Positions 51,691-62,109 are shown, counted from the stretch's first letter. The stretch is 64,000 bases of DNA from an uncultured bacterium (GCA_963827235.1 CAWHAE010000016.1:928001-992000); one strand, 5' to 3'. The notes: generated by a model not told the origin, from the sequence alone. Program-made: numbers and translations.

Positions 51691-51806
51691 GAGCCCGACC
51701 TCACACTTGCCGTCATCGGACCTCCGCGTGGTGCAGGTACCGAGTCATCGCCTGAGCTGACATACCATCGGTGGGCGCGCCATCACACGCTCAAGAGCTC
51801 GGCACT

Positions 51807-51878
51807 CTTCCTCGCAATGGAGAGAAATGGCAAACCTTTCCGCATTGGCAGGGCCGGCTCCACGCCTTAGCCTTAAGG
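51807..51878 (+). promoter_or_regulatory. Repeated promoter element, copy 1
   Basis: 60/72 identical to 56101-56172 by hand alignment; TTGGCA-17-TAGCCT. Confidence 0.75.
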
Positions 51879-51986
51879 CAGTCTGCAGTGAGCAGGTTAA
51901 CTGCTGCACCGCCGCCGCGCAGCAGCGTGCTCGGAGCGCTAAAACGAAGGCTCTGGTCAGACGGGTATTTGAGGAGGGAGACTATC

Positions 51987-53219
51987 GTGGATTCGCGGAG
52001 CCGGGTGTTGGCGGCGATGAATCACCAGGAGCCCGATCGCGTTCCCGTCGATCTCGCTGGGCATCGTTCGTCCGGCATGACGGCAATCGCCTATGCTAGG
52101 CTGCGTGACTATCTGGGCTTGGAGAAGAAGCCCATTCGCATCTATCACATGCAACAGCAGCTGGCGATCGTCGACGAGGACGTGCTCGATCGTTTCGATG
52201 TGGATACCATCGAGCTGGGTCGGGGCTTTGCCCTGGAAGACGAGCATTGGGCAGATTGGACGCTGCCGGACGGCACGCCGTGCCAGCTCCCTGTGTGGAT
52301 CAAACCCGAGCGCGACCAGGATGGCTGGCTGCTGCGCTCGAAGTCCGGCAGGCCGTTCGGGAGGATGCCAAATGGCGGACTGTACTGTGACAGCACCTAC
52401 TTCCCATTCCGTGACGGGGTGGCCGATCACGACCGGCTCAAGGAAGCAATGTCGGAATGCATGTGGGGCGCCGTCGACAGCGTTCCGGGTCCGTTGGTCA
52501 GGGGCGCCGGTGGCGACGAGCGGTACGTCGCAGGTGCGCGCCGCCTGCGTGAGCGCACCGGCCGGGCCGTTTTGGGCATGTTCGGAAGCGTGCTCTTGGA
52601 CTGGGGACAATTCCTTTATGGGTACGACGGATTCCTTGTGATGCTGGCCGAGGATCCCAGTCGAGCGCACGATCTACTTGAACGACTGACCGAGCTGCAC
52701 CTGGGGAATCTGGAAAGCTACCTCGGTCTGGTAGGTCCATATATCGACGTGATCAATTTTGCCGACGAGCTAGGCATGCAGAACGGGCCGGTGATGTCGA
52801 AGCGCATGTATCGCGAGTTCTTCAAGCCGCGCCACGCCCGGCTTTGGAGGCGCGCCAAGGAACTCGCGGATGTCAAGGTCATGCTCCACACATGCGGAAG
52901 CGTGCGGCAGCTGCTGCCCGATCTGATAGATGCCGGATTGGATGCTATCCAACCTGTTCAGATCAGCGCTAGAGGTATGGATGCCGCGGAGCTGAAGCGA
53001 GAATTCGGCAAGGATATTACGTTCTGGGGCGGTGGTTGTGACACTCAGACGGTCCTGTGCGACGGCACACCGCAGGAGATTCGGGAGCATGTCAAGCGGC
53101 AGATAGAGATCATGCGGCCCGGAGGCGGGTTTGTATACCAACAAGTTCACAATGTTCAGCCCGACGTGTCACCGGAGAACGTCGTCGCTATGTTCGATGC
53201 CGTGAGCAGTTACCGGTAG
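51987..53219 (+). CDS. UroD/MtaA-family TIM-barrel protein
   Basis: EPDRVP.D, ADELG.Q, LHTCG, WGGG.DTQ, VHNVQ.DV.PEN. Confidence 0.88.
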   Translation: MDSRSRVLAAMNHQEPDRVPVDLAGHRSSGMTAIAYARLRDYLGLEKKPIRIYHMQQQLAIVDEDVLDRFDVDTIELGRGFALEDEHWADWTLPDGTPCQLPVWIKPERDQDGWLLRSKSGRPFGRMPNGGLYCDSTYFPFRDGVADHDRLKEAMSECMWGAVDSVPGPLVRGAGGDERYVAGARRLRERTGRAVLGMFGSVLLDWGQFLYGYDGFLVMLAEDPSRAHDLLERLTELHLGNLESYLGLVGPYIDVINFADELGMQNGPVMSKRMYREFFKPRHARLWRRAKELADVKVMLHTCGSVRQLLPDLIDAGLDAIQPVQISARGMDAAELKREFGKDITFWGGGCDTQTVLCDGTPQEIREHVKRQIEIMRPGGGFVYQQVHNVQPDVSPENVVAMFDAVSSYR

Positions 53220-53367
53220 TGTGGGCAATCGCGGGGCTTCCCGACCTGCGCTCGAGCTTCAGCTGGTGATCGGCATAGAGTTCCCTCCGCGCAGCCCTGG
53301 CAGCTGACTGGCATTCTTCGAACGCAGTGCACGGGCATCGAGGGCCAGACCTCAGGTGAGCAAGGTT

Positions 53368-54594
53368 ATGGATGTCACGAAACATGGGTGGCAGCCGCTC
53401 GCAATGAGGCTGGCGCGCGGGATCGCGCTGCTTGTTGCGCTCGTCGCCTTGGCACTGTTGGCCGCCTACTGGCCCTACCGTGGCAACCACAGCTCCGCAC
53501 CGGCGCCCGTGACTACCGTCGCCGGTCCCGCGGTTTCGCGCGTTTTGGCAGGCGGTGCTTTTGGGCCGGTGGTAGTAGACGGCGGCCGTATCTATGTTCT
53601 CAATGTGCAAGCGGATTACGAGCTGAGCGTGCTCGAGGGACAGCACGGAGCTCTGCTGCAGCAGTATGTCTCACGCGAGACTCCATACAGTCTTGGCGTG
53701 GATGGGACGCACGAACGGGTGTTTGTCGGTGACGCTGGAGGCATCCACGTCATCAGTCTGCCGGGCTGGAAGGTCCTCATGACGCTCGGCAGTCGACCCT
53801 GCTTCAACTCGCTGACAGTGTATGACCCGATACATCAGCGCCTGCTGGTCTGCACGTGGAGCGACCTCAAGAGAACGCATCTCGTCACAGCGACTATTGA
53901 TGTGCGAAGCGGCCGAACGGTGGCGACTATCCCCAACGCCTGGAACAGCAGTCCACATCAGGTGGAGGTCGCACCGCAGGCGAGCCGCTTCATCTACAGC
54001 ATCCTCGGCGACGATGTGACGGTCTTGATGCTGGTCGATACAGCCAGCGGCCGCGTGGTGAAGAAGCTCGAGCTTCCCGGCGCTAGCTTGAGCTTCGCCG
54101 TCGATCAGCAGGCGGGCATCCTCGCCGTGCCGGTGAGCGACGACAATACTCTGGACATCATCAGTCTCCGCGATGGCGCCGTCCTCAAGTCAGTGCCCGT
54201 GGGAACGGGCCCGCAGGCAGCCTCAATCGACGGCGCGCTGGGTCGCATCTACGTGGCAAATGCCGCCGACGGCACGCTGAGCATCCTAGATGAGCGGACC
54301 GGCGCCAGGCTTCGCACTGTTACCATTCCCGCGGGCGCCGACAACACCGCGGCCAGCTCGACCACCGGCCAGGTCTACGTGGCCGGCGGTGGCACGGACG
54401 ATTTTGGCAACCTTACACAGTACTCCACGATCACGGTAGTGAATGGCCGGACGGGCGCCATCGCGCGGGAATACACGGGAACCGAGGGCCAACCAACCCG
54501 GCTCCTCGTCGTGCCGCAGAGCGGCTCACTCGTGCTGGTCGACTCCTGGACGTACATCATTGGCCTGGTTGACACCAGCACGGCGGGTGGGTAG
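53368..54594 (+). CDS. YncE-like beta-propeller, secreted or membrane-anchored
   Basis: N-terminal hydrophobic segment; VPVGTGP..RIYVAN..DGTLSILD repeats. Confidence 0.8.
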   Translation: MDVTKHGWQPLAMRLARGIALLVALVALALLAAYWPYRGNHSSAPAPVTTVAGPAVSRVLAGGAFGPVVVDGGRIYVLNVQADYELSVLEGQHGALLQQYVSRETPYSLGVDGTHERVFVGDAGGIHVISLPGWKVLMTLGSRPCFNSLTVYDPIHQRLLVCTWSDLKRTHLVTATIDVRSGRTVATIPNAWNSSPHQVEVAPQASRFIYSILGDDVTVLMLVDTASGRVVKKLELPGASLSFAVDQQAGILAVPVSDDNTLDIISLRDGAVLKSVPVGTGPQAASIDGALGRIYVANAADGTLSILDERTGARLRTVTIPAGADNTAASSTTGQVYVAGGGTDDFGNLTQYSTITVVNGRTGAIAREYTGTEGQPTRLLVVPQSGSLVLVDSWTYIIGLVDTSTAGG

Positions 54595-54875
54595 TCGCAT
54601 GGGCTGCAAGTCTACGTGCGTGTGCGAGCCGTTCATGGCCGTGACCGCCGATCGGGGAGCCTGCACCGGCAAACGGTCCTTCCGCCAGAGACAATGGCTC
54701 GGCTCCTGTGCTGGTGTGCTGCCAAGAGCGCCGGGTAAGTTGGTCTGGACATGCCTGCTGCGACGGTCCGCGGCGCGCGGTTGGAAGACACACGACCGCT
54801 TGGACGGCGTTTCCGCCGATGCACCTGCGCCAACCGTGGCGCGGGGATGATCTGGTTGCGAGGGAGGTAGATGAC

Positions 54876-56063
54876 ATGACGGTGCGGACCGAAGCCAGAG
54901 CACTATCCACCGTTGAGCGATCGCACTTTCAGCAGTTGTTTCAGGCAAGACTTCAATCGGTTAAGGCGAAGACCGCCGACGTGTTCGCCTTTAGGAAGAC
55001 AGACCATCCACCACTCATTGTGAACGGGGCATTCTATACTATTTTCGGAATGGATACAGACACCCTTCCTGATGACTATTTTGATGATCCTGGGCAAATG
55101 ACGGCCTTCCAAGAGCGCATGTACTACGACCAGGTGCGAGAAATCGCGGACGATTTCGTCCCGTACCTGATGCCGTGGTTTGGCACAGCCGTGGTGGCTT
55201 CGGCGTTCGGATGTCCTGTCAACTTCTATCCCAAACTGGATCCGGCGGCCGATCCGCATTTCTATCCAGTCGCGACACCACACGATGTCCGCAGCCTGCA
55301 GATTCCGGATCCCGAGAAGGACGGCCTGATGCCGCGAGTGCTGCGCTTCCAGCGCTATATGAAGGCGAACAGCTTCTTGCCGGTTGGGATCACCGATCTC
55401 CAGGGTCCTCTGACGACGGCCAACCAGCTCATGGGCTACGACAAGCTCATCTACCTGATGGCTGACTACCCGGCCGCGGCACATGAGCTGATGGAGAAGG
55501 TGACCGAGGCGCTCATCCGCTGGGTCAAGGCACAGAAGAACGTGATCGGCGAGTCCTTCACCGAGTGCATTGGCGAACAACAGTTCTTCACGGGACCACA
55601 CGCGGGCGTGTGGGCCGCCGACGATGATGCAGTGATCATGTCGCCTAAGTACTACCGCGAGTTCGTGGTGCCCTACAACGCCCGGTTCTTCCGCGAATTC
55701 GGTGGTGGTTGCCTGCACTTCTGCGGCGGCGCGACGCATCAGATTGAGAACATCCTCGCCACCGAGGGGGTGGTAGCAGTCAACAACTTCGCGCTCTACA
55801 ACAGCCGTGCCTCCCGGGAGCTTCAGGCGCGGCTACACGGACGCGTCGTGCTGTTCTCGTGTGACATGACTCCGCTGGACTACGAAGGCTACTTCTCCGA
55901 CCTGTGGGACGGAGTGGACCTCTCCGGAATCGTCATCAGCTCGTGGTACTCACCGGTGGTCGCACTTCTGCGGGGTGGGAAGTACGACGCGGTGCGTCGC
56001 GACCTCTCCTCGGGACGCCGCGCAGTGTTCGAGCACGTGAAGCGGCGATTCGGCAGAGCCTGA
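54876..56063 (+). CDS. Divergent UroD/MtaA-family protein
   Basis: ASAFG, DLQGP, MSP..YREF..PY, LHFCG; GGAGG RBS. Confidence 0.8.
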   Translation: MTVRTEARALSTVERSHFQQLFQARLQSVKAKTADVFAFRKTDHPPLIVNGAFYTIFGMDTDTLPDDYFDDPGQMTAFQERMYYDQVREIADDFVPYLMPWFGTAVVASAFGCPVNFYPKLDPAADPHFYPVATPHDVRSLQIPDPEKDGLMPRVLRFQRYMKANSFLPVGITDLQGPLTTANQLMGYDKLIYLMADYPAAAHELMEKVTEALIRWVKAQKNVIGESFTECIGEQQFFTGPHAGVWAADDDAVIMSPKYYREFVVPYNARFFREFGGGCLHFCGGATHQIENILATEGVVAVNNFALYNSRASRELQARLHGRVVLFSCDMTPLDYEGYFSDLWDGVDLSGIVISSWYSPVVALLRGGKYDAVRRDLSSGRRAVFEHVKRRFGRA

Positions 56064-56100
56064 GCGCCGCAAACCGCGGTGTTGGCCGTCGGGACGATCG

Positions 56101-56172
56101 CTTCCTCACTATCGGGAGAAACGGCAAACCTTTCCGCATAGGCAGGGGCGGTTCAACGCCGTAGTCTCAAGG
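56101..56172 (+). promoter_or_regulatory. Repeated promoter element, copy 2
   Basis: GAGAAACGGCAAACCTTTCCGCA, then TAGGCA-17-TAGTCT. Confidence 0.75.
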
Positions 56173-56254
56173 TGTCCTGCTGCAATAAGGCTCGCGGCCG
56201 CAACACCGGCAGGCAAGGGCGTGCTCGAGTGTAGTATTGGGAGATTGTCCTGGG

Positions 56255-57130
56255 ATGCTTGTTCTGTCCTACTCTCGCACAAGCTCCGAAATGCTACACC
56301 TGGCAACCAGCGAAGATGGGTTTGTCTGGGTCGCACTCAACGGCAATAGACCGCTGCTTGCCGCCGGCATGGGCTCGACAACCCTGCGCGATCCCTGCAT
56401 CGTTCAAGTCGACGACGGCTCCTTCCATCTCTTTACGGCGGGGGGATGGCGTAGCAGCAGGCTCGTGCATAGCACATCTCCCGATCTGCTCCACTGGTCG
56501 AATCCTGAGTTGCTCGCCGTGATGGCCGACGTCCCGGGCGCCATGACCGCGTACGCGCCCGGCTGTTTCTTCGATCCAGTTGCCGATCTCTACCGCATCA
56601 CCTGGTCCTCGGCGGTGCAATCCGCGGATTCGGCCGGGGATTGGGAGTGGCGAATCTGGTCGACGACCACGCGCGATTTTCGGTATTACACGCCATCGAG
56701 GTTGTTCTTCGATCCCGGCTATGCCGTCGACGACGCCGCCGTGGGCAGTCATGACGGCGAATACCTCATGGTCTACAGGGACGAGCGTGGGCGCCATGAG
56801 CTGGGCGGCGAGCCGTCCAAGTCGGTTCACGTGTGCTCGCTCGAGCTCAACGGCCTGGGCGTTGCATTTGGTGCGCCACTGGATATTGTTATGACCTCGC
56901 TGGTTGCAAGTCCGTCGCTCTTCTGGCACGGCGGCCGCTGGATCTTGCTATTCGACCATGTAGTTCGTGGCCATGTCGGTGCGCTGGCCAGCGTGAACGG
57001 TGTCACGTGGGAGGTCATCACGGATGCATGCCGCTTTCCACCCGATCTGCGACACGGACGAGTGATAAGCGTCGACGGCCAGGTCGCCGAAGCGCTGCAT
57101 GACCTGGCCGGGAGCGGCGTGGAGAACTGA
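56255..57130 (+). CDS. GH43-like five-bladed beta-propeller protein
   Basis: LHLATSEDG..W..LNG, LRDP, S.DL.HWS, TTRDF, FDPG, YRDE, RHG.V. Confidence 0.8.
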   Translation: MLVLSYSRTSSEMLHLATSEDGFVWVALNGNRPLLAAGMGSTTLRDPCIVQVDDGSFHLFTAGGWRSSRLVHSTSPDLLHWSNPELLAVMADVPGAMTAYAPGCFFDPVADLYRITWSSAVQSADSAGDWEWRIWSTTTRDFRYYTPSRLFFDPGYAVDDAAVGSHDGEYLMVYRDERGRHELGGEPSKSVHVCSLELNGLGVAFGAPLDIVMTSLVASPSLFWHGGRWILLFDHVVRGHVGALASVNGVTWEVITDACRFPPDLRHGRVISVDGQVAEALHDLAGSGVEN

Positions 57131-57158
57131 GCGAACTGGAAGAAAGGCAGGAACTACT

Positions 57159-57944
57159 ATGGCTGGGCGCACTCGGTCTGTGCTTGTCATGGGCGGCGGG
57201 ACCGGCATCGGAGCCGGGGTTGCGCGAGCGTTTCTTGCCGACGGTGCCGACGTGGCCCTGAGCTACCACAGCAGCGAGGCCGGTGCGCGCGCCATAGCAG
57301 AGAGCGCGAGCGCGGCCGGACGGCGCTGCATCTTCCGGCGGGTCGACAGCCGCAGCGTGCCGGCTATTGAGGCATTCGTCGATGAGTCGATTGAATCGCT
57401 CGGGCATGTCGACACCTTGGTCTACAACTCGGGCATCACCGATCCGCACCCGCTCTTCGCCATCACGGAGGAGCAATGGGATCAGACTCTCGACGTGAAT
57501 CTGAAGGGGATGTTCTTCTGTGCACGCCGTGTTGCCGCCTACCTAGCCAGGCAAGGCGAGGGCGGCAGCATCATCCTGATGAGCTCTGTCCACAGCAACC
57601 ACGCGTATCCCGGTCACATGCACTATTCCTCGAGCAAAGGAGCAATCAACAACCTCGCGCGATCGATGGCCCTTGAGCTCGGCCGTTATCGGGTTCGCGT
57701 GAATGCGATAGCGCCGGGAGCCACCTACGTCGAGCGACATAAGCTTGCAGGGCTCTACGAACCGGCAGAGCTTGGTAAGCAGATCCCGTTAGGCCGCGTC
57801 GGCACACCGGAGGACGTCGCCAATCTCGCGCTGTTCCTGGCATCTGACCGCGCTTCCTATATCACTGGGCAGGTGATCTTTGTTGATGGTGGGCTCACCT
57901 TGCCCCTCCAGTTGCGTGAGAACTCAACCGCCGGCATGGACTGA
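57159..57944 (+). CDS. SDR oxidoreductase (glucose 1-dehydrogenase-like)
   Basis: GGGTGIG, SSVH, YSSSK, VNAIAPG. Confidence 0.9.
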   Translation: MAGRTRSVLVMGGGTGIGAGVARAFLADGADVALSYHSSEAGARAIAESASAAGRRCIFRRVDSRSVPAIEAFVDESIESLGHVDTLVYNSGITDPHPLFAITEEQWDQTLDVNLKGMFFCARRVAAYLARQGEGGSIILMSSVHSNHAYPGHMHYSSSKGAINNLARSMALELGRYRVRVNAIAPGATYVERHKLAGLYEPAELGKQIPLGRVGTPEDVANLALFLASDRASYITGQVIFVDGGLTLPLQLRENSTAGMD

Positions 57945-57975
57945 CTGTTGAGGGAAGACACTGTGTCCGTTCGAG

Positions 57976-58027
57976 TAGAACTCACAAACTTTTGTGCATT
58001 GTTCGGCCTTGAAGCGCATGCTAGTCT
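57976..58027 (+). promoter_or_regulatory. Repeated promoter element, copy 3 (diverged)
   Basis: TAGAACTCACAAACTTTTGTGCA, then TTGTTC-17-TAGTCT; same spacing as copies 1 and 2. Confidence 0.65.
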
Positions 58028-58181
58028 GCCCTTGAGTCAGCGGCATGAACGTGATCCGCACGCGAGAAACGGCATGGTCCACTGCAGAAATGACTTCGCA
58101 CGCAACCACAGACTTGCCGACCAAGGAGATACGCCTACAGGGCGGCGATCTTGGCGCTCAGTCATCTAGAGACAGCAGGAG

Positions 58182-59339
58182 TTGACCGTGATTTCAGGCA
58201 TATCTGGCAGACAGTCAAACCGCCGGCGACTTGGCCCTGCTCTCCTTGCGCTGCTCGCCGGCGGGGAAGCAGGCGTGATCATCGCGCTGGCGCTTCTGGT
58301 GATTGTCTTTTCGCTATTGAATGATGCCTTCGTTTCCTCGATGAACATCAGAGCGATGTTCATTGCCGTATCGTATATCGGCATCATCGGCGTGGGTCAG
58401 ACTATTCTCCTTGTCGATGGCGACTTCGATCTCTCTGTTGGGTCTGTCGCCGGTCTTTGCGCAGTCGTGTCGGCCTGGCTCATGACCAGCGGGCATTTGC
58501 CCGTGCCGCTCGGCCTGCTTGGCGGAATTGCCGTTGGAGCCGGTCTAGGATTTGTCAACGGCACGGTAGTCGTGCGGTTCGGCATTCCGGCATTTATCGC
58601 GACGCTGGGCATGCTCTTCGTGGCGGCCGGGTTGACACAGGTAGTCACGAACGGTTACCCGATTTACCCGATCCCTGATTCCGTTGGCAATTTCGGTGCC
58701 GCGCCGGCGCTGTTTGGGGTTGGCTGGTCCTTCATCATTCTGATTGTCCTGGTCATCGGCGGCGATCTACTGATGCGCAGGACAACCATCGGGCGCAACC
58801 TGTACGCAACAGGCGGCAACAAGGAAGTCGCCCAGCTGGTCGGCATCAACACGAACCGCTACAAGATGGTCTGTTTCATGCTGACCGGGTCGCTGTCCGC
58901 CGTGGCCGGCATGCTGGTCATGGCCAGCCTTGCCAGCGCCACTACCTCGATCGGCACAGGTTGGGAACTGAACTGTATTGCCGGCGTCGTCGTGGGTGGA
59001 GTCAGTCTGTTCGGCGGCGTGGGCACTGTGCTTGGCGGGATCCTGGGCATGCTGCTGCTGCAGGTCGTGCAGAGCGGGCTGGTCGTGGTAGGCGTCAGCG
59101 CGAACTGGCAGCAGGTCTCCGTCGGAGCCATCATGATCCTCGCCGTGGGCCTGGACGTCGGACGCCGCAAGCTGTCGGTCGGACAGGTTCATGGCGTGGA
59201 AGATACCGCGCTACTGCTCAGCGATGCGGAAGTTGCCGCGGAAAGGAGGACCATACACGGGCACGTGGGAGAGCTTGTTGCGGATATCCAGGTAGATAGC
59301 GGAGCCGATAGGACTGCAGTTACATCGCGAAAGGATTAG
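58182..59339 (+). CDS. Monosaccharide ABC permease (RbsC-like)
   Basis: DLSVGS, IPAFIATLG, GGN, ELNCIAGVVVGGVSLFGG. Confidence 0.93.
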   Translation: MTVISGISGRQSNRRRLGPALLALLAGGEAGVIIALALLVIVFSLLNDAFVSSMNIRAMFIAVSYIGIIGVGQTILLVDGDFDLSVGSVAGLCAVVSAWLMTSGHLPVPLGLLGGIAVGAGLGFVNGTVVVRFGIPAFIATLGMLFVAAGLTQVVTNGYPIYPIPDSVGNFGAAPALFGVGWSFIILIVLVIGGDLLMRRTTIGRNLYATGGNKEVAQLVGINTNRYKMVCFMLTGSLSAVAGMLVMASLASATTSIGTGWELNCIAGVVVGGVSLFGGVGTVLGGILGMLLLQVVQSGLVVVGVSANWQQVSVGAIMILAVGLDVGRRKLSVGQVHGVEDTALLLSDAEVAAERRTIHGHVGELVADIQVDSGADRTAVTSRKD

Positions 59340-60355
59340 TGATGATTCATATCACGCTTCCTCGGTGGTCAGCGCGCGGCATTGGTGCCGCGATAATCTG
59401 CACCACGCTTATCGCGGCGGGCCAGGGCGGCCACGTAGCCGCGGCAACCCAAGGGCTTACGGTGGCACGGGCGGCGAGCTACAGTTTCCTCTGGTTCCAG
59501 CCGATGCGCAACCACCCTGTACACCGGCTCATGCAGGCTGGGTTCCTGAACGAGTGCAAGAAGCTGGGAGTGACTTGCGACATCGTCGGCAATCCGAGCG
59601 CTACCGTCTACGACGTGCCGGCCACCGTGGCTCTGGCCAACGCCGCGCTTGCGGGCAAGCACTATTCTTGCTTAGCCGTCTATGATGCAACGCCGGATAG
59701 CAATCCTTTCATCAAGAAGGAGGGCGCGGCTGGGATGCCGGTCGTGACCTGGCACGTGCTTCCCCCGCAGGGCTCGGTGCCGGGACTGATGGCCGCAGCA
59801 GGCGAGAACATTCCTCAGGTCGGTGTGGCCGCGGCCATGGCAATCGGCACGAAGCTCGGCGGCAAGGGGCTGGTCGCGATAACGCAGGGAAGCTTTAACA
59901 CGATCGAGAACGCGATGGCCGCGAGCTTCCGGGCCACGATGAAGTCAAAATTCCCCAATGTCAAAGTCCTGTCAACGCAGCTTGAGAACTTCGAGCCTTC
60001 CGCGGCCGTGGCCAAGGCCGTGAGCATCATCCAGGCGAACCCGGGATTGACCGCTGCCTTCTCCACGACCGGAAACGGGCCGCAGACGTGGTACGGCGCC
60101 GAGCGACAAACTGGCAAGCAGCTCGTCGTTATCGGCATGGACTACATTCGCCAGAACCTAGACCTGGTGAATAGCGGCAAGGTATTCGGCCTGGCTGCGC
60201 AGCCCCTCTATCCCGAAGGCGCGAAGGATGCAGACCTCTGCATGGCTTTGTCGCAGGGTAAGAAAGTACCGTACTACAACTATCTGCCGGCCTCGATCAT
60301 TTCCAAGGGTCAGCTCGCTCCTTACTATGAGTTCCTTAAGGAAGCCGGCGAATAG
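59339..60355 (+). CDS. Monosaccharide ABC substrate-binding protein (RbsB-like)
   Basis: Signal peptide, periplasmic-binding type I pattern (VIGMD, AQP..EG). Confidence 0.88.
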   Translation: MMIHITLPRWSARGIGAAIICTTLIAAGQGGHVAAATQGLTVARAASYSFLWFQPMRNHPVHRLMQAGFLNECKKLGVTCDIVGNPSATVYDVPATVALANAALAGKHYSCLAVYDATPDSNPFIKKEGAAGMPVVTWHVLPPQGSVPGLMAAAGENIPQVGVAAAMAIGTKLGGKGLVAITQGSFNTIENAMAASFRATMKSKFPNVKVLSTQLENFEPSAAVAKAVSIIQANPGLTAAFSTTGNGPQTWYGAERQTGKQLVVIGMDYIRQNLDLVNSGKVFGLAAQPLYPEGAKDADLCMALSQGKKVPYYNYLPASIISKGQLAPYYEFLKEAGE

Positions 60356-60366
60356 TTTTCAACGGT

Positions 60367-60413
60367 TGACTTCGCAGCGGTGGGCCGGCGCCGGGTTCGC
60401 CGCTGCGAGGTCA
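60367..60413 (+). terminator. Intercistronic stem-loop 3' of the binding-protein gene
   Basis: ~20-bp stem TGACTTCGCAGCGGTGGGCC / GGTTCGCCGCTGCGAGGTCA. Confidence 0.55.
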
Positions 60414-60441
60414 CGGCTGCTAGAGAATCGGGTGTACGCAA

Positions 60442-61977
60442 ATGCCCTATATCCTTGCCACGGAAGGGCTGAGCAAGAATTTCGCCGGGGTCCAGGCCTT
60501 GCGAAAGGTCGACTTCAACGTTCGGCCTGGGATGATCCATGCGCTCGTTGGGCAAAATGGCGCCGGCAAGTCGACGCTCGTGAAGGTGCTCAACGGCGTG
60601 CACCCGGCGGGTACGTATGACGGCGTCGTGCGCCTCAACGGTGAGGCAGTGCGCTTTTCGTCCCCAGCCGATGCCCGGGCTCTAGGCATCGCCTACGTGC
60701 CGCAGGAGCTTCAGGTACTGGATAATCTCAGCGTGGCCGAGAACATCTACGTGGGCCAGATGGGACTGGAACGCAAGCTTGCGGTGCATTACGGCGAGCT
60801 GCGCATGGGCGCGGGACGGGTCCTGAATCGACTGGGCGTGGCGCTCGACGTGCGCTTGCCCCTCTCCACCCTGAGCGCGGCCCAGAAGCAACTCGTCATG
60901 ATCGCCCGTGCATTGGCGACCGCACCCTCCGTGCTCATGCTTGACGAGCCAACCGCATCGCTATCGATCCACGAGACAGACCGTCTGTTTCTTATCCTGG
61001 AGCGCCTCCGGTCTGAAGGTGTAACGATGATATTGATCACGCATCGCATTCCGGAGGTCATGGCACTCAGCGATTGGGCCACCGTGCTCCGCGATGGTCA
61101 AGTGGTGGCAGATATCCCACGCGGTGAGTTTAGCGAGGACTCTATTGTCTCCGCCATGGTCGGGCGCCGCGTCAACGTGCTGTTCCCGGAGCACACGGCG
61201 GAAATCGGCACTGAGGAAGTACTTCGCGTCGAGCATCTGCGTGTGCCACGATCGGGCGGCCGAGCCGATATTATCTCAGACGCGAGCTTTACGGCCCGGC
61301 GTGGTGAGATCGTCGGCCTGGCGGGTCTTGTCGGCTCGGGCCGTACCGAGATACTGAGCGCCATCTACGGACGCATTCCGCATGAGGGCCGCATCGTCGT
61401 CGAAGGGCGGCCGGTCGCGATCCGGCGTCCAGCCGATGCCCTCCGCGCGGGCATCGCCATGTTGACGGAAGATCGCAAGAACTCAGGTCTTCTGTTCAAC
61501 CTTCCGCTTGGCCAGAACATCACCATGGCGAACCTGCGGCTGTTTGCGCACTTCGGCCTGATCGACAAAGGAGTGGAGAGCCGCGTTGCGCTGAAGAGCA
61601 TGACGGACCTGGACATAAAGGCACCATCGATCAGGTCTGACATCGCTCATCTCAGTGGCGGGAATCAGCAGAAGACCCTGCTGGCTCGCGTGCTGGTCAA
61701 GACGCCGACAGTCTTGCTACTGGACGAGCCTACCAAAGGCGTCGACGTCGGTACCAAGCGCGAGATCTATCGACTCGTAGTCGAGCTTGCCAACCAAGGC
61801 CTCACCCTTCTGGTCGTGTCATCGGAGCTTCAGGAGCTGGTCGGCATCTGCGACCGGTGCTTGGTGTTGAGCCACGGCATCATCGTCGACGAGTTCACGA
61901 AGGCTGAAGGCAGTGAGGAGCGGATTCTGCAGGCGACTGCGCGCACTCCGGCCAATGTGCCCGGCAGCGTCGCGTAG
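60442..61977 (+). CDS. Monosaccharide ABC ATP-binding protein (RbsA-like)
   Basis: GQNGAGKST, LDEPT, EDRK, LSGGNQQK. Confidence 0.94.
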   Translation: MPYILATEGLSKNFAGVQALRKVDFNVRPGMIHALVGQNGAGKSTLVKVLNGVHPAGTYDGVVRLNGEAVRFSSPADARALGIAYVPQELQVLDNLSVAENIYVGQMGLERKLAVHYGELRMGAGRVLNRLGVALDVRLPLSTLSAAQKQLVMIARALATAPSVLMLDEPTASLSIHETDRLFLILERLRSEGVTMILITHRIPEVMALSDWATVLRDGQVVADIPRGEFSEDSIVSAMVGRRVNVLFPEHTAEIGTEEVLRVEHLRVPRSGGRADIISDASFTARRGEIVGLAGLVGSGRTEILSAIYGRIPHEGRIVVEGRPVAIRRPADALRAGIAMLTEDRKNSGLLFNLPLGQNITMANLRLFAHFGLIDKGVESRVALKSMTDLDIKAPSIRSDIAHLSGGNQQKTLLARVLVKTPTVLLLDEPTKGVDVGTKREIYRLVVELANQGLTLLVVSSELQELVGICDRCLVLSHGIIVDEFTKAEGSEERILQATARTPANVPGSVA

Positions 61978-62109
61978 CAGCTCTTCAGGGCTGGACTCAT
62001 GGGAAGCCATCTCTTCCGGCAAGCCGCCGCCGTCCCACGCGTCGCCCACACAGATGCTCTGGCATACGGTGAAGACGCAGAGCGCCGACGGCATCCCCCG
62101 GAGCCACGT

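Noticed and set aside
51822-51880. c-di-GMP-I riboswitch (GGCAAACC) at the repeated element, also at 56116
   Set aside because: No GAAA tetraloop or GACGCAAA; differences between copies break pairing; fixed -35/-10 spacing fits a promoter better.
54665-54690. Additional copy of the regulon motif upstream of the third UroD-like gene
   Set aside because: GGCAAAC...TTCCGC is present but the spacing is off and no -10 lies at the expected position.
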